Positions 12,170-23,760 of a stretch of DNA of 64,000 nucleotides are shown piece after piece. The first letter of the stretch is position 1. Every line of letters begins with the position of its first letter. A program made the translations under genes and the position numbers. This DNA comes from Octopus sinensis (lineage: Eukaryota), in the NCBI RefSeq assembly GCF_006345805.1, contig NC_043014.1:42780001-42844000 (forward strand), in the 5' to 3' direction. The notes under the pieces are model-generated. The model was not told the DNA's origin. It searched no databases and saw only the letters and a list, made by a program, of their open reading frames with translations.

Positions 12170-13045
12170 TCATCATCATCGTTTAGCGTCCGCTTTCCAT
12201 GCTGGCATTGGTTGGACGGTTTGACTGGGGACTGGTGAGCCAGATGCCTGAACCAAGCTCCAATCTAATCTGGTAGAGTTTCTACAGCTGGATGCCCTTC
12301 CTAATGCCAACCGCTCCAAGAGTGTAGTGGGTGCTTTTACATGCCACCGGCAAGAGGGCCAGTCAGGTGGTACTGGCAATAGCCATGCTCGAATGGTATT
12401 TTTTATGTGCCACCTGCACAGGAGCCAGTCCAGCAGCACTAGCAATGACCTTGTTCAAATGTTGTTTTTCACGTGCCACCAGCATAAGTGCCAGTAAGGT
12501 GATGCTGGTAATGATCATGCTTGAATGGTGCTTTCTATGAGCCACCAGCACAGGAGCCAGTCAGCGGCCCAGATGATACTTTTAATGTTCCAGTGTTACG
12601 GGTGCCGGTAAGGCGGTACTGTCATTGGCCATGTCAGTGAATTTGATTTTGACTGTGATTTCACTTGCCTCAACAGATCTTCGCAAGTAATGCATAAGTA
12701 GGCTGGTTACACTGCTAGCACAGACCACAGGTTATGGACTCACTTGGCTTGCTGGGTCTTCTCACACACAGTATATTTCCAGAGGTCTTGGTCACTAGTC
12801 ATTGCTTCGGTGAGGCCCAATGTTCGAAGGTCGTGCTTCACCACCTCATTCCAGGTTTTTCTGAGTCTACCTCTTCCTACAGGTTACCTCTACTGCCAGG
12901 GTGTGACACTTCTTCACACAGCTGTCCTCATCCATTCACACCACATATCCATACCAGTGCAGTCGTTTTCTTGCACATACATCTGATGCTTCTTAGGTCC
13001 AACTTTTCTCTCGACACATTTACACTCTGTCGTGTATGCACATTC
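12170..13045 (-). mobile_element. RTE-clade LINE 3' end (decayed ORF2 C-terminus, 3' UTR, (GAT)n tail)
   Basis: With frameshifts, the minus strand gives REKLDLRSIRC..RLHWYG..MDEDSCVKKCHTLAVE..RGRLRKTWNEVVKHDLRTLGLTEAMTSDQDLWKY..EKTQQAK*. Confidence 0.85.
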
Positions 13046-13306
13046 TTTTATTCTTTTATACTTTTACTTGCTTCAGTCATTTGACTATAACCATATTGGA
13101 GCACCACCTTGAAGGGTTTTTAATTGAACAAACCAACCCCAGAATTATTTTATAAGCCCGGTACTTATTCTATCAGTCTCTTCTTTGACAAACTGCTATG
13201 TTGCGGGGACGTCGATGCACCAACAGCGGTTGTCAAATGGTGATGGAAGGACAAACTGACACAAAGACACACATAGTTACACACACACACACACACACAT
13301 ACACAT

Positions 13307-13711
13307 CAGGGACGTGCTTTCTAGATAGGTGAGGTAGGCACTGCCTACGTTGAATAAAATGAATCGATAGCAACATTTTCCTTTTATGGCAAAATATGCA
13401 TCAAATCAAATAAGATTATGAAGGTTACTCTAATTACTATGCATAAAATGCAAAATATTTTATTTTTTCTGGAATAGGTTGGCATAATTCGCCTCTGCTT
13501 TTCAACCATAGTTTTTAAGCTACGCACAGTACTGCTGTAGTACACATGCTGCGTACACTCCTACAACACAGTTTTCTTTACGTGCTATAAAGGCAGAAAT
13601 AAATCTGCCTTCAACTCAGTCACATGTCTGTGTTTCGTTTATTTTTATGTGTTTTACTACATAAACATCATCAACTGCCTACCCTGAGTGATTACTGATG
13701 GCATGTGCCTG
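13307..13711. mobile_element. hAT-like MITE inserted in a family B SINE
   Basis: Imperfect TIRs CAGGGACGTGC / GCATGTGCCTG. 8-bp TSD atacacat / atatacat (7/8). Subterminal 'ctgcctac' motifs at both ends. Confidence 0.6.
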
Positions 13712-13879
13712 ATATACATATGTGTATATACGACAGGCTTCTTTCAGTTTCCATCAACCAAATCCACACTCACAAGGCTTTTGTTGGCCTGAGGCCATAG
13801 CAGAAGACACTTGTCCAAGGTGCCACACAGTGGGACTGAACCCGGAACCATGGGTACAGGAGTACAGCCTTAGACTTAC

Positions 13880-14005
13880 GAGAGAAATAACGGCCAGGAA
13901 AATAATAACAAGGTTTATAAGTGATGTGAAATCGCCAACCAAAAATGGAAAAGAAGTCAGGAACGCAACTCCGCTTCTGCCAAATTTCCTTATCTACTTG
14001 AACAG
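13880..14005 (-). CDS. Candidate 126-nt exon, phase 1-1 (VQVDKEIWQKRSCVPDFFSIFGWRFHITYKPCYYFPGRYFS); unidentified protein
   Basis: Pyrimidine-rich acceptor 'atctccctttataag|', perfect donor '|gtaagt', open frame in unique sequence. A second frame is also open from an inner AG. Confidence 0.4.
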
Positions 14006-14121
14006 CTTATAAAGGGAGATAAACGGAATTCTTTAGGAAAGAGTTACTTTTCTTGAAGCAATTTTATAAAAAAAAGTTGGAACGACATAAATTTATTTTC
14101 TTAGATCGCATAAACGAATTG

Positions 14122-14531
14122 GATCTTTTCGGTTTGAACGGCAGTTTTTTCTAGCGGTGTCATATGAAATTGTCACCCGTAATTATGATCCTAGTATCGA
14201 TCTATTGCATTTCAATGTCTTTTAGGGTTAGGGATGGGGGGAAGGGTGTCTTTTTTCTTCACAAATGTAAATAAACCCAATCTGTTTCTTAAACGAGGGA
14301 CATATTCATACGGCACAGAATGTTTTTTTACTTCAATGGACGTCATTGATTGGTTGAAATTGCAGAAATTGAAGAAAAAAAACAACAAATATCTTACAAA
14401 ACTATAGAATTTTCTCACTAAAGCCAAGAGAAAAGATGTTTTATAAACACATTCTACCAGCATACGAAGTTTAAAAGTTTCTAGTTACATGGAAATTATT
14501 TAAAAAAACTGCCGTTCAAACCGAAAAGTTC
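14122..14531. mobile_element. MITE with ~28-bp TIRs; second copy at 37858-38277
   Basis: GATCTTTTCGGTTTGAACGGCAGTTTTTT ... AAAAAACTGCCGTTCAAACCGAAAAG, with a closely matching second copy 24 kb away. Confidence 0.85.
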
Positions 14532-15005
14532 TCCAACATTTATTTTGATATAAAAACAAAAACTTTAAAAAATTCACTAGATGCAGATAATAATGGTTTC
14601 AAATTTTGGCACAAAGCCAGCAATTTCGGCGGTAGGTTCGGGCCGGAAAGTTAATTAGATCAAAAGTTAATAACAGTACTCAACTGGCATTTATTTTATC
14701 GATCCCGAAAAGATGAAATGCGAAGCCGACTTCGGTGGCATAATAATCGTTTCTTCTCTAGATACAAGACTTGAAATTTGAGGGAGTTTGCCACCTTTAA
14801 TCTTTCTAGTATAAGCTCAAGTCCTGAATTTTTGGGGAAGGGGTTAGTACTTATTTTAAATACTCCCAAAGGATGAAAGCAAAGTCGACCTCGGTGGAAT
14901 TTGAACTCAGAACGTAAAGACGAACTAAATGTCACTAAGTGTTTTGTCTGACAAACTAAAGATTCTGCCAGCTCATATCACACAAAAAAGGACACAAAAA
15001 TACAA

Positions 15006-15049
<44 letters not shown>

Positions 15050-15065
15050 TAATAATAATAAAAAC

Positions 15066-15664
15066 GGCGAAGTTTCGTTTGTCGTAGCACACGTTTCCGT
15101 CGATTTCCGTAAAAAATGTAAACACTGAATCGGCCATACATACATACATACATACATACATACATACATACACACATACATACACACACACATACATACA
15201 CCCACACACATACATAGATACATACACACACACACACATACATGCAGACATACATATACATATACACCGAGTAAAGAATTACACTGAATCGGCCATACAT
15301 ACATACATACACAAACACACATACTTACACATACACACACACACACATACATAGATACATACACACACACACATACACCGAGTAAAAAATTTCAGTTATC
15401 TCTCTCTTTCACACATTACTCTCTCTGTCTCTTCGCACACACTAACAGAAGCACTTCACTTACACAACATACTGTCTGTCTCCCACACTCCATCAAACAC
15501 ACACACGGGGACTTCAAAAAGAAATTCCCTCGTCATAAAATCGCTTCCTCTTAGTCTCTTTCGCTCTCATTACTTCAAATATTCCCGCAAAGCCATATGT
15601 AAAAAAATAAAAGGTTTTTACGGAAATCGACGGAAACGTGTGCTACGACAAACGAAACTTCGCC
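15066..15664. mobile_element. MITE-like element with perfect 50-bp terminal inverted repeats (possibly Mutator-like)
   Basis: 15066-15115 is the exact reverse complement of 15615-15664. Flanks ataaaaac / ataaaaat match 7/8. Confidence 0.65.
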
Positions 15665-15960
15665 ATAAAAAATTTACGACAGTCAAAATCGAAACTGAAT
15701 ATTATTTGGAAAAAAATAAAGAAGATAATAAAAAAAGACTCGTTTACGATCTTTTTTATTTTACAAGAATTAATGTAGAATAAATTTATTTTGACTTGTT
15801 ACGATTTATGAAGTCTTTAGATGAATGACTTTGAATAGAAAAGAAAGTTTTCACTGAATTTCCTGAAAGGAAGGTTTTCACTGAATTTTCACTGAATTTC
15901 CTGATTAGAAAATAAATACAAATGAGAACTGGAAAAATAAGTTTTTGCTTTTGATAAATG

Positions 15961-15962
<2 letters not shown>

Positions 15963-15994
<32 letters not shown>

Positions 15995-15996
15995 TT

Positions 15997-16032
<36 letters not shown>

Positions 16033-16036
16033 TCCT

Positions 16037-16074
<38 letters not shown>

Positions 16075-16096
16075 TTCCTTTCTTTCTTTCTTTCTC

Positions 16097-16144
<48 letters not shown>

Positions 16145-16146
16145 TC
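15963..16146. repeat. (TTTC)n microsatellite
   Basis: Direct inspection. Confidence 0.95.
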
Positions 16147-16409
16147 GTGCTTCCATGGGTCGGAGAAAAATTCGCTTTCAACGAATTCCGGTGTGCCTTT
16201 TATATCATCAAAAACAGTAGTAATGTGAGTAGCAACGCACTTATTTTATAAAACAAGAACAATTTAATTAATCAAGCATCTCCTCCTTTCTACCGAAAAG
16301 AAATAAAAGTTTACACGAACAAAATAAAAAAAAAGAGAGGGGAGGCAACTCTATATTTAACAGAATGAACAAATTTTGCTTCTATTTCAAATAATTAAAA
16401 CATGCCAAA

Positions 16410-16980
16410 GGGCGGCGAGATGGTAGAATGGTTAGCACGCCGGGCGAAATGCCTAGCGGTATTTCGTCTGCCGTTCAAATGCCTTTCATCCTTTCGGGGT
16501 CGATTAAATATGCACCAGTTGCGCACGGGGTCGAAATAATCGACTTAATCCCTTTGTCTGCCCTTGTTTGTCCTCTCTGTGTTTAGCCCCTTGTGGGTAG
16601 TAAAGAAATAGGTATTTCGTCTGCCACTACGTCCTGAGTTTAAATTCCGCCGAGGTCGACTTTGCCTTTCATCTTTTCAGGGTCGATTAAATGAGTACCA
16701 GTTACGCACTGGGGTCGATGTAATCGACTTAATCCGTGTGTCTGTCCTTGTTTGTTCCCTCTGTGTTTAGCCCCTTGTGGGTAGTAAACAAATAGGTATT
16801 TCATCTGCCATTACGTTCTGGGTTCAAATTCCGCCAAGGTCGACTTTGCCTTTCATCCTTTCGGGGTCAATAAATTAAGTACCTGCTACACACTGGAGTC
16901 GATGTAACCGACTTAATCCCTTTGTCTGTCCTCGTTTGTTCCCTCTATGTTTAGCTCCTTGTGGGCAATAAAGAAATAAG
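16410..16980 (+). mobile_element. SINE family A trimer
   Basis: One head (GGGCGGCGAGATGGTAGAATGGTTAGCACG) plus body, then two headless units starting 'ggtatttc'. Confidence 0.85.
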
Positions 16981-17497
16981 AATCGTTAGAAATCAGAACA
17001 AAATACTTAGCGACATTTCGTCTGCCCTTACGTTCTGAGCTCAAATTGCACCGAAGTCGACTTTGCCTTTTATCCTTTCAGAGTCGATAATATCAGCACC
17101 AGTTGATCATTATGGTTAGAAGTAATCGACTTAACCTCCCTCTCCCGAAATTGCTGGCCTTGTGCCAAAATTTGAAACCAATTAGAATACGAAAAAATTA
17201 AGATGGCTTTGGTAGGTACAATGATAATTCCCACGGTAATGCCAAGAGCGTGTTGGCTTGCTTCAGTAGGTTCCGTTGAACCTTGTGGTGTGTGACCAAT
17301 TGAGGCACCTGGTGTTGAATTGATGTTTTTCCTTCTTTCTACCATGTTTTCCGTTTTTGTCTCCCTTTTTTTTCTTCCTTTCTTCACTCATGTCTGTAGA
17401 TTCTTCAGTTGTGGATTTGTATTTTAATGTGGCATTGTATTATATATGTAGAGAGAACCTGTGGAAGAGGTGGTCCCAGAAAGACATGGAATGAGGT

Positions 17498-17804
17498 TTG
17501 TTTTGTTTGTTCCTTCTCAAACCATGCCTGGCTCATAAGGGCCGGTTTCCTGGTTTCTTGGCGTATAGACCCCCCACCTGGATGGGATGCTGGTCCATCG
17601 CAGGTGAGCTGCAAGATGCAGGAAGAAAGGGTGAGAGAAAGTTGTGGCAAAAGAGTCAGCAGAAGTTCGCCATTACCTTCTGCCGGAGCCATGTGGAGCT
17701 TAGGTGCTTTCGCTCATAAACACACATATCACCCAGTCTGAGATTTGAACATGCGATCCCTTGACCGCGAGTCCGCTGCTCTAACCACTAGGCCATGTGC
17801 CTCC
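17498..17804 (-). mobile_element. tRNA-derived SINE (family C) with 14-bp TSD; second copy at ~24112-24399(-)
   Basis: Head GGAGGCACATGGCCTAGTGGTTAGAGCAGCGGACTCGCGG...TGTTCAAATCTC. TSD ACATGGAATGAGGT at 17484-17497 and 17805-17818. Confidence 0.9.
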
Positions 17805-17835
17805 ACATGGAATGAGGTGGTGAAGTACAATCTTC

Positions 17836-18734
17836 GAATGTTGGGAAGAGGTAGACCCAGAAAGACATGGGACGACATGGAGAAGGATGATCTTTGAATG
17901 TTGGGAAGAGATAGACCCAGGAAGACATGGGACGATATAGTGAAGCATGGTCCTTGAATGTTGGGAAGAGATGGACCCAGGAAGACATGGGACGACATGG
18001 TGAAGCATGATCTTCGAATGTTGGGAAGAGATAGACCCAGGAAGGCATGGGACGACATGGTGAAGCACGATCATTGAATGTTGGGAAGAGGCAGACCTGG
18101 GAAGACATGGGGCAACATGGTGAAGCATGATCTTCGAATGTTGGGAAGGGGTAGACCCAGGAAGACATGGGATGACATGGTGAAGCATGATCTTCGAATG
18201 TTGGGAAGGGGTAGACACAGGAAGACATGGGATGACATGGTGAAGCATGATCTTCGAATGTTGGGAAGGGGTAGACCCAGGAAGACATGGGATGACATGG
18301 TGAAGCATGATCTTCGAATGTTGGGAAGGGGTAGACCCAGGAAGACATGGGATGACATGGTGAAGCATGATCTTCGAATGTTGGGAAGGGGTAGACACAG
18401 GAAGACATGGGATGACATGGTGAAGCATGATCTCGAATGTTGGGAAGGGGTAGACACAGGAAGACATGGGATGACATGGTGAAGCATGATCTTCGAATGT
18501 TGGGAAGGGGTAGACACAGGAAGACATGGGATGACATGGTGAAGCATGATCTTCGAATGTTGGGAAGGGGTAGACACAGGAAGACATGGGACGAGGTGGT
18601 GAGGCATAATCTTCAAATGTTGGGAAGAGGCAGTCTCAGGAAAACAGGGGACAACATGGTGAAGCACGATCTTTGAATGTTTGGACGTGATGGACCCAGG
18701 AAGACATGAGATGAGGTGGTGAAGCGTGGTCTTT
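17836..18734 (+). repeat. Minisatellite, 15 x 60 bp (one 59-bp unit); unit translates as MLGRGRPRKTWDDMVKHDLR
   Basis: 'gaat' unit starts recur every 60 nt from 17836 to 18735. Central units are near-identical and edge units are diverged. Confidence 0.95.
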
Positions 18735-20215
18735 GAATATCAGGTCTCATGGAGATGATGACAAGCAATCAAGACCTTTGGCGATTTGCTGTGCTTGAGA
18801 TGACTTGTCAAGCCAAGTGAAATCCTAGTCATGGCCAGTGCTGGGGACACATAAAAGGCACCCATGCCAGTGACACGTAAAAGGAATCTACTACACTCTT
18901 GGAGCAGTCGGTGTTAGGAAAGCATCCAGCCCTTGAAACCAAGCCAGATCAGACTGGAACCTGGTACAGTTCTCAGGCTTAGCAATTCCAGCCAAACTAT
19001 CAAACCCATTGCCAGCATAGAAAGCAGATACAAAATGATGATGATGATGATGATGCATAATATACAAATGTGTTATATTCCAATAAAAAGTTCACTTTTG
19101 CCATTCTGTAAAATAAACTAACATTCCGGATATGTTTTGGTCTCGTGAAATGGTTTGGGTTGCTTTGATGTACTCTTATGTACTCTTTTACTTGTTTCAG
19201 TCATTTGACTGTGGCCATGTTGGAGCACCACCTTTAGTCGAGCAAATCGACCCCGGGACTTATTCTTTGTAAGCCCAGTACTTATTCTATTGGTCTCTTT
19301 TGCCGAACCGCTAAGTGACGGGGACGTAAACACATCAGCATCGGTTGTCAAGCAATGCTAGGGAGACAAACACAGACACACAAACACATACAGACACACA
19401 TATAATATATATATATATATACGACAGGCTTCTTTCAGTTTCCGTCTACCAAATCCACTCACAAGGCATTGGTTGGCCCGGGGCTATAGCAGAAGACACT
19501 TGCCCAAGATGCCACGCAGTGGTACTGAACCCGGAACCATGTGGTAAGTTAGCAAATGACTTACCACACAGCCACTCCTGCGCCTGATACTGTCATAGTT
19601 TAATAAAGTTGCACTGAAATGGCTTCGTTAAATTTCATTCTTCAAATTGGCATAAAGGTTAAGATCTTGCTTTTTTTTGGCAGGAATTTGGATAGCAGTA
19701 CATAGAGGTTGCGATGTTCATGCCCATCCCAAGCACTTTACACCCTCTTGAGTTTCACACACACATACACATCCACATGCTCATATACATAAAAATACAC
19801 ATACTTACATAAACACGTGTATGCACACAGGCATACTGGTATACACATTTACATGCTCACACACACACATGCACACACAAACATGCACTCTCACACACAC
19901 ACACATGCACGCACATACACATACACACATATACACACTCTGGGCAGTACTCCAGCATGGCCACAGTCCAATTACTGAAACAAGTAAAAGAGTAAAAGAG
20001 TCCCGAGATTGATTTTTTTGACTATAAACTCTTCTGGGCAGTACTCCAGCATGGTCACAGTCCAATGACTGAAACAAGTGAAAGACGGAAGATAAAACAT
20101 TTTCCCCCAACACTGTAGCTTGACTGTTCAAGGCACAGTTGCAGAATTGCATTTGGAGCATGAAAATATCAAGATCAATAATCGTTGAATAAGATTCAAG
20201 CCATCATTCACTCAG

Positions 20216-20328
20216 ATTTGCAGCCTAGAATCCAACTTAAAGTCATTGTGGGAGGAAGATCTGAATACTTTAGGTTTGCTTAAATCTTATACAGGAGAAG
20301 TAGAAAATTCTGTAATAAACTGTTTGCT
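20216..20328 (+). CDS. Candidate exon (ICSLESNLKSLWEEDLNTLGLLKSYTGEVENSVINCL)
   Basis: ttcactcag|...|gtatgt boundaries, open frame, unique sequence. No recognised homology. Confidence 0.3.
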
Positions 20329-20796
20329 GTATGTAAATCGTCTCATAATGAATGGTATAAGAATGGTTATTTCCATTTCCACTGATCTTAGAAAAGGAGA
20401 CATTACACGTATTGCTTTACAGATGGACATTTGCGTTGAGAGGATCCTATGGCTTGCGTGTTATATTATATTCTGACCTGACTTATGTCTGATATTACAA
20501 ATCTAGTGTTCAATTGTGAGATAAGCTTCAGATGTCTGAATTAGATAGGACCCCAAAGAACCTTTACAGTCATATTAAATTTCCCTCGTATTCATGGTAA
20601 GCGGTTGTATCTCATCTATTATACTGAAACATCAAGGACTTTATCATGATTGTGGACCAACCACAATAATGATTACTGTGTGATATATTAGATTTAATAA
20701 CTCCCAGTGTGTTACCATAATCTCTAACTGATATCCTTGACATGATATCATTGTAAAAATTGTTTCATATAATGATCCCTAATATTTCAGCTGCGA

Positions 20797-21570
20797 AAGG
20801 CAGTGAGCTGGCAGAAAGATTAGCACACTGGGCGAAATGCTTAGTGGTATTTCATCTGTCTTTACATTCTGTGTTCAAATTCTGCCGAGGTCAACTTTGC
20901 CTTTCATCCTTTTGGGGTCGATCAAATAAGTACCAGTTGTTGATTAAATAAGTACCAGTTATGCACTGGGGTTGATGTAATCGACTCAATCCCTTTGTCT
21001 GTCTTTGCTTGTCCCCTCTATGTTTAGCCCCTTGTGGGCAATAAAGAAATAAGAAACATTAGCACGCTGGGCGAAATGCTTAGCGGTATTTCGTCTGTCT
21101 TTGCATTCTGTGTTCAAATTCTGCCAACGTCAACTTTGCCTTTCATCCTTTCGGGGTCGATTAAATAAGTACCAGTTACGCACTGAGGTCGATATAATCG
21201 ACTTAATCCGTTTGTCTGTCTTAGTTTGTCCCCTTTGTGTGTAGCCCCTTGTGGGCAGTAAAGAAATTTCGCCTGTTCAAATTCTGCCAAGGTCGACTTT
21301 GCCTTTCATCCTTTTGGGGGTCGATAAATTAAGTACCTATTTCTTTACTACCCACAAGGGGTTAAACACAGAGGGGACAAACAAGGACAGACAAAGGGAT
21401 TAAGTTGATTATATCGACCCCAGTGTGTAACTGGTACTTATTTAATCGACCCCGAAAGGATGAAAGGCAAAGTCGACCTCGGCAGAATTTGAACTCAGAA
21501 CGTAACGGCAGGCGAAATACCGCAAAACATTTCACCCGGCGAGCTAATGTTTCTGCCAGCTCGCCGCCAG
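20797..21570. mobile_element. SINE family A cluster: plus-strand copies followed by a minus-strand copy (~21335-21565)
   Basis: Same unit sequence as the other family A arrays. Orientation switches near 21330. Confidence 0.8.
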
Positions 21571-22067
21571 CTCGATAAATTAAGTACCAGTTGCATACTG
21601 GGTTGATCTATTCGACTGGCCCCACCTCCCCCAAAATTTCAGGTCTTGCGTCTAGGGTAGAAAAGAATTATTTGCACACAAGGTAAAATGCTTAACAGCA
21701 TTTTGCCCATCTTTATGTTCTGAGTTCAAATTCTGTTGAGGTCAGCTTTGCTTTTCATCCTTTCAGGGTTGATAAGTTAAGTACCAGTTGAATACTGTGA
21801 TCGATGTAACTGACTTGAACCCTTTTTCAAAACTGCAGACCTTGTGCCAAAATTTGAAACCAATATTTCAGCCATGAATTTAAATATTTCACTAAGAACC
21901 ATATTTAATGGCAAGTAAGATGCATTTTTTTTCTCCAGAGAATGTCTCAAAAAAAACACAAAAACACCCTGGGTCAGGCACATGAAGCTAATTTGAATAT
22001 TATATATATCAGATTGAATCGAATTGAACTGCTCATGTTCAGTCCACTGCAGGATGAAGGCCTCATC

Positions 22068-22293
22068 CAGTGCTGGATTAACCATTAAGCTGTATAAGCA
22101 TTTATTTAGGACATGAAGGGACGAGGAAGTGCCACAGAAATAGTAAATGGTTTATGGTACAAAAGAAATCACTTTAAAGTTGCTAAAATAATATTTGGGA
22201 TGTGTTATCTCTACCAAGTACAAGAAGCTGATGATTAATTTTGAAGATCTGATCAAAGACTTTGCAATTAATAAAAAGCAGGAGACATGTTAA
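22068..22293 (+). mobile_element. Possible decayed hAT transposase C-terminal remnant
   Basis: INFEDLIKDFAINKKQE resembles the hAT dimerisation-domain end (IDFDDIIDEFA.KK). CAGTGCTGGATTAACC is TIR-like. Confidence 0.3.
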
Positions 22294-22344
22294 TGTTAAT
22301 TTTGTTTCATTTTGAAAAACAGAAATTTGTTTTATGATTTATTA

Positions 22345-22715
22345 TCTTTATATATAAAAGTCAAGTTAGATTCCTAACTACTCCCACATTTTGCGGTGCA
22401 GTGTAACCAAAAGCGGGTATCTTATAGTCGTGATTCATATTGAGCCTTCTGGGTATTAGCGCGCGTCTACGATGAGTCTACGATTTTAAAATAATTTACC
22501 ATTATTTTTTTCCATTTTTAATGCATTTTTTCGCTATTATATAAGGGAAGTAACTCTCTAAAAATGTCTACGATGAGTCAACGATTTAAAAAAAAATTAC
22601 CATAATTTTTTTCCATTTTTAATGCATTATTTTGCTATTTTGGCTATAACTCTCTAAAAATGCTTATATAGTTATTTCCCTTACAAACCCGAGCAACGCC
22701 GGGCGATACTGCTAG
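22345..22715 (+). mobile_element. Non-autonomous Helitron
   Basis: Starts TC after A, ends CTAG before T. Subterminal hairpin CCCGAGCAACGCCGGG at 22688-22703. Internal ~100-bp tandem duplication. No TSD. Confidence 0.85.
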
Positions 22716-22743
22716 TTGTTATATTTTGAATTACATATATATA

Positions 22744-22905
22744 TATTGGGTTGTCCAGAAAGTTCATTCCAATTTTTAAGGAAAGAAAAAGGTCAATAAA
22801 TACTTGCCATTACATTTTTAATCAACCAAATATGAACCATTTTGTTGCACAATGCATCTCCCTCGTTCCTTTAACTTGAAAATACCCTCTTCCCAGAATT
22901 GAGGA
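22744..22905 (-). mobile_element. Mariner transposon right end
   Basis: Minus frame QFWEEGIFKLKERGRCIVQQNGSYLVD* matches a mariner transposase C-terminus. TA plus TIR 'tattgggttgtccagaaagttc'. Confidence 0.75.
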
Positions 22906-23295
22906 ACACATAACCGCCACCCACCCACCCACATGTATATATTATATATATATATCGTAAAAAGCACCATCTGAACGTCGCCGATGCCAGCGCCGCCTTG
23001 ACTGGCTTCCATGCCAGTGGCATGTAAAAAGCACCAACCGATCATGGCTGTTGCCAGCCTCCCTTGGCACCTGTGCAGGTGGCACGTAAAAAGTACCCAC
23101 TACACTCACAGAGTGGTTGGCGTTAGGAAGGGCATCCAGCTGTAGAAACTCTGCCAGATCAGACTGGAGCCTGGTGAAGCCTCATGTCTTCCCAGACCCA
23201 GGTCGAACCGTCCAACCCATGCTATAATGGAAAACGGACGTTAAACGATGATGATGATGATGATGATGATGATATATATATATATGTATATATAT

Positions 23296-23436
23296 ATATT
23301 AAATTAGAGATAAAACCACTATTAGGCAAATCAAACAGTGAAAATCATAAGCCAATACTCTTTATCTTATATTAAACTTTTAATACTTTTGATAGTTAAT
23401 TAAAAAAAAAATATAAATAAATAAATAAATAAATAA

Positions 23437-23479
<43 letters not shown>

Positions 23480-23760
23480 TATTTAAAATTTATAAGTTTA
23501 AATTATTAATTTAAATAATTTTTTAAATCTTAACTTTAATTTAAATATTTTAATTTGGAATTTTATATTTTATATTTTTTATATATTTTATTAATTAATT
23601 TTATTTCTATGAATTGGCTTATGATTTTCACTGTTTGATTTGCATAATAGTGGTTTTATCTCTAATTTAATATAATATATATTTATACTATAAAATTGGA
23701 TTTAATCCTAAATCTAATTTTTCCCTGTAAGTTTGGATTTACTCCCTAATATTATTATTA
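23296..23760 (+). mobile_element. AT-rich element 3' end with inverted 60-bp leader (PLE-like); related copy at 31795-32015
   Basis: 23296-23356 is the reverse complement of 23613-23673. Shared end 'ccctgtaagtttggattta' followed by (TA)n. Confidence 0.5.

Larger units (their letters stand above)
17445..19055 (+). mobile_element. RTE-clade LINE 3' end containing a SINE insertion and a 60-bp minisatellite
   Basis: RTCGRGGPRKTW precedes the insertion, GLMEMMTSNQDLWRFAVLEMTCQAK* follows the array, then the 3' UTR and (GAT)n tail. Confidence 0.85.

Noticed and set aside
16155-16220. ATG-MGRRKIRFQRIP resembling a MADS-box N-terminus
   Set aside because: The similarity ends after 11 residues, a stop follows, no RQVTF continuation is seen, and the only nearby GT donor is weak. 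Probably chance.
17836-18734. CRISPR-like or protein-coding interpretation of the 60-bp array
   Set aside because: There are no unique spacers, the context is eukaryotic, and the unit is explained by the RTE ORF2 motif. The family A SINE arrays also lack spacers.
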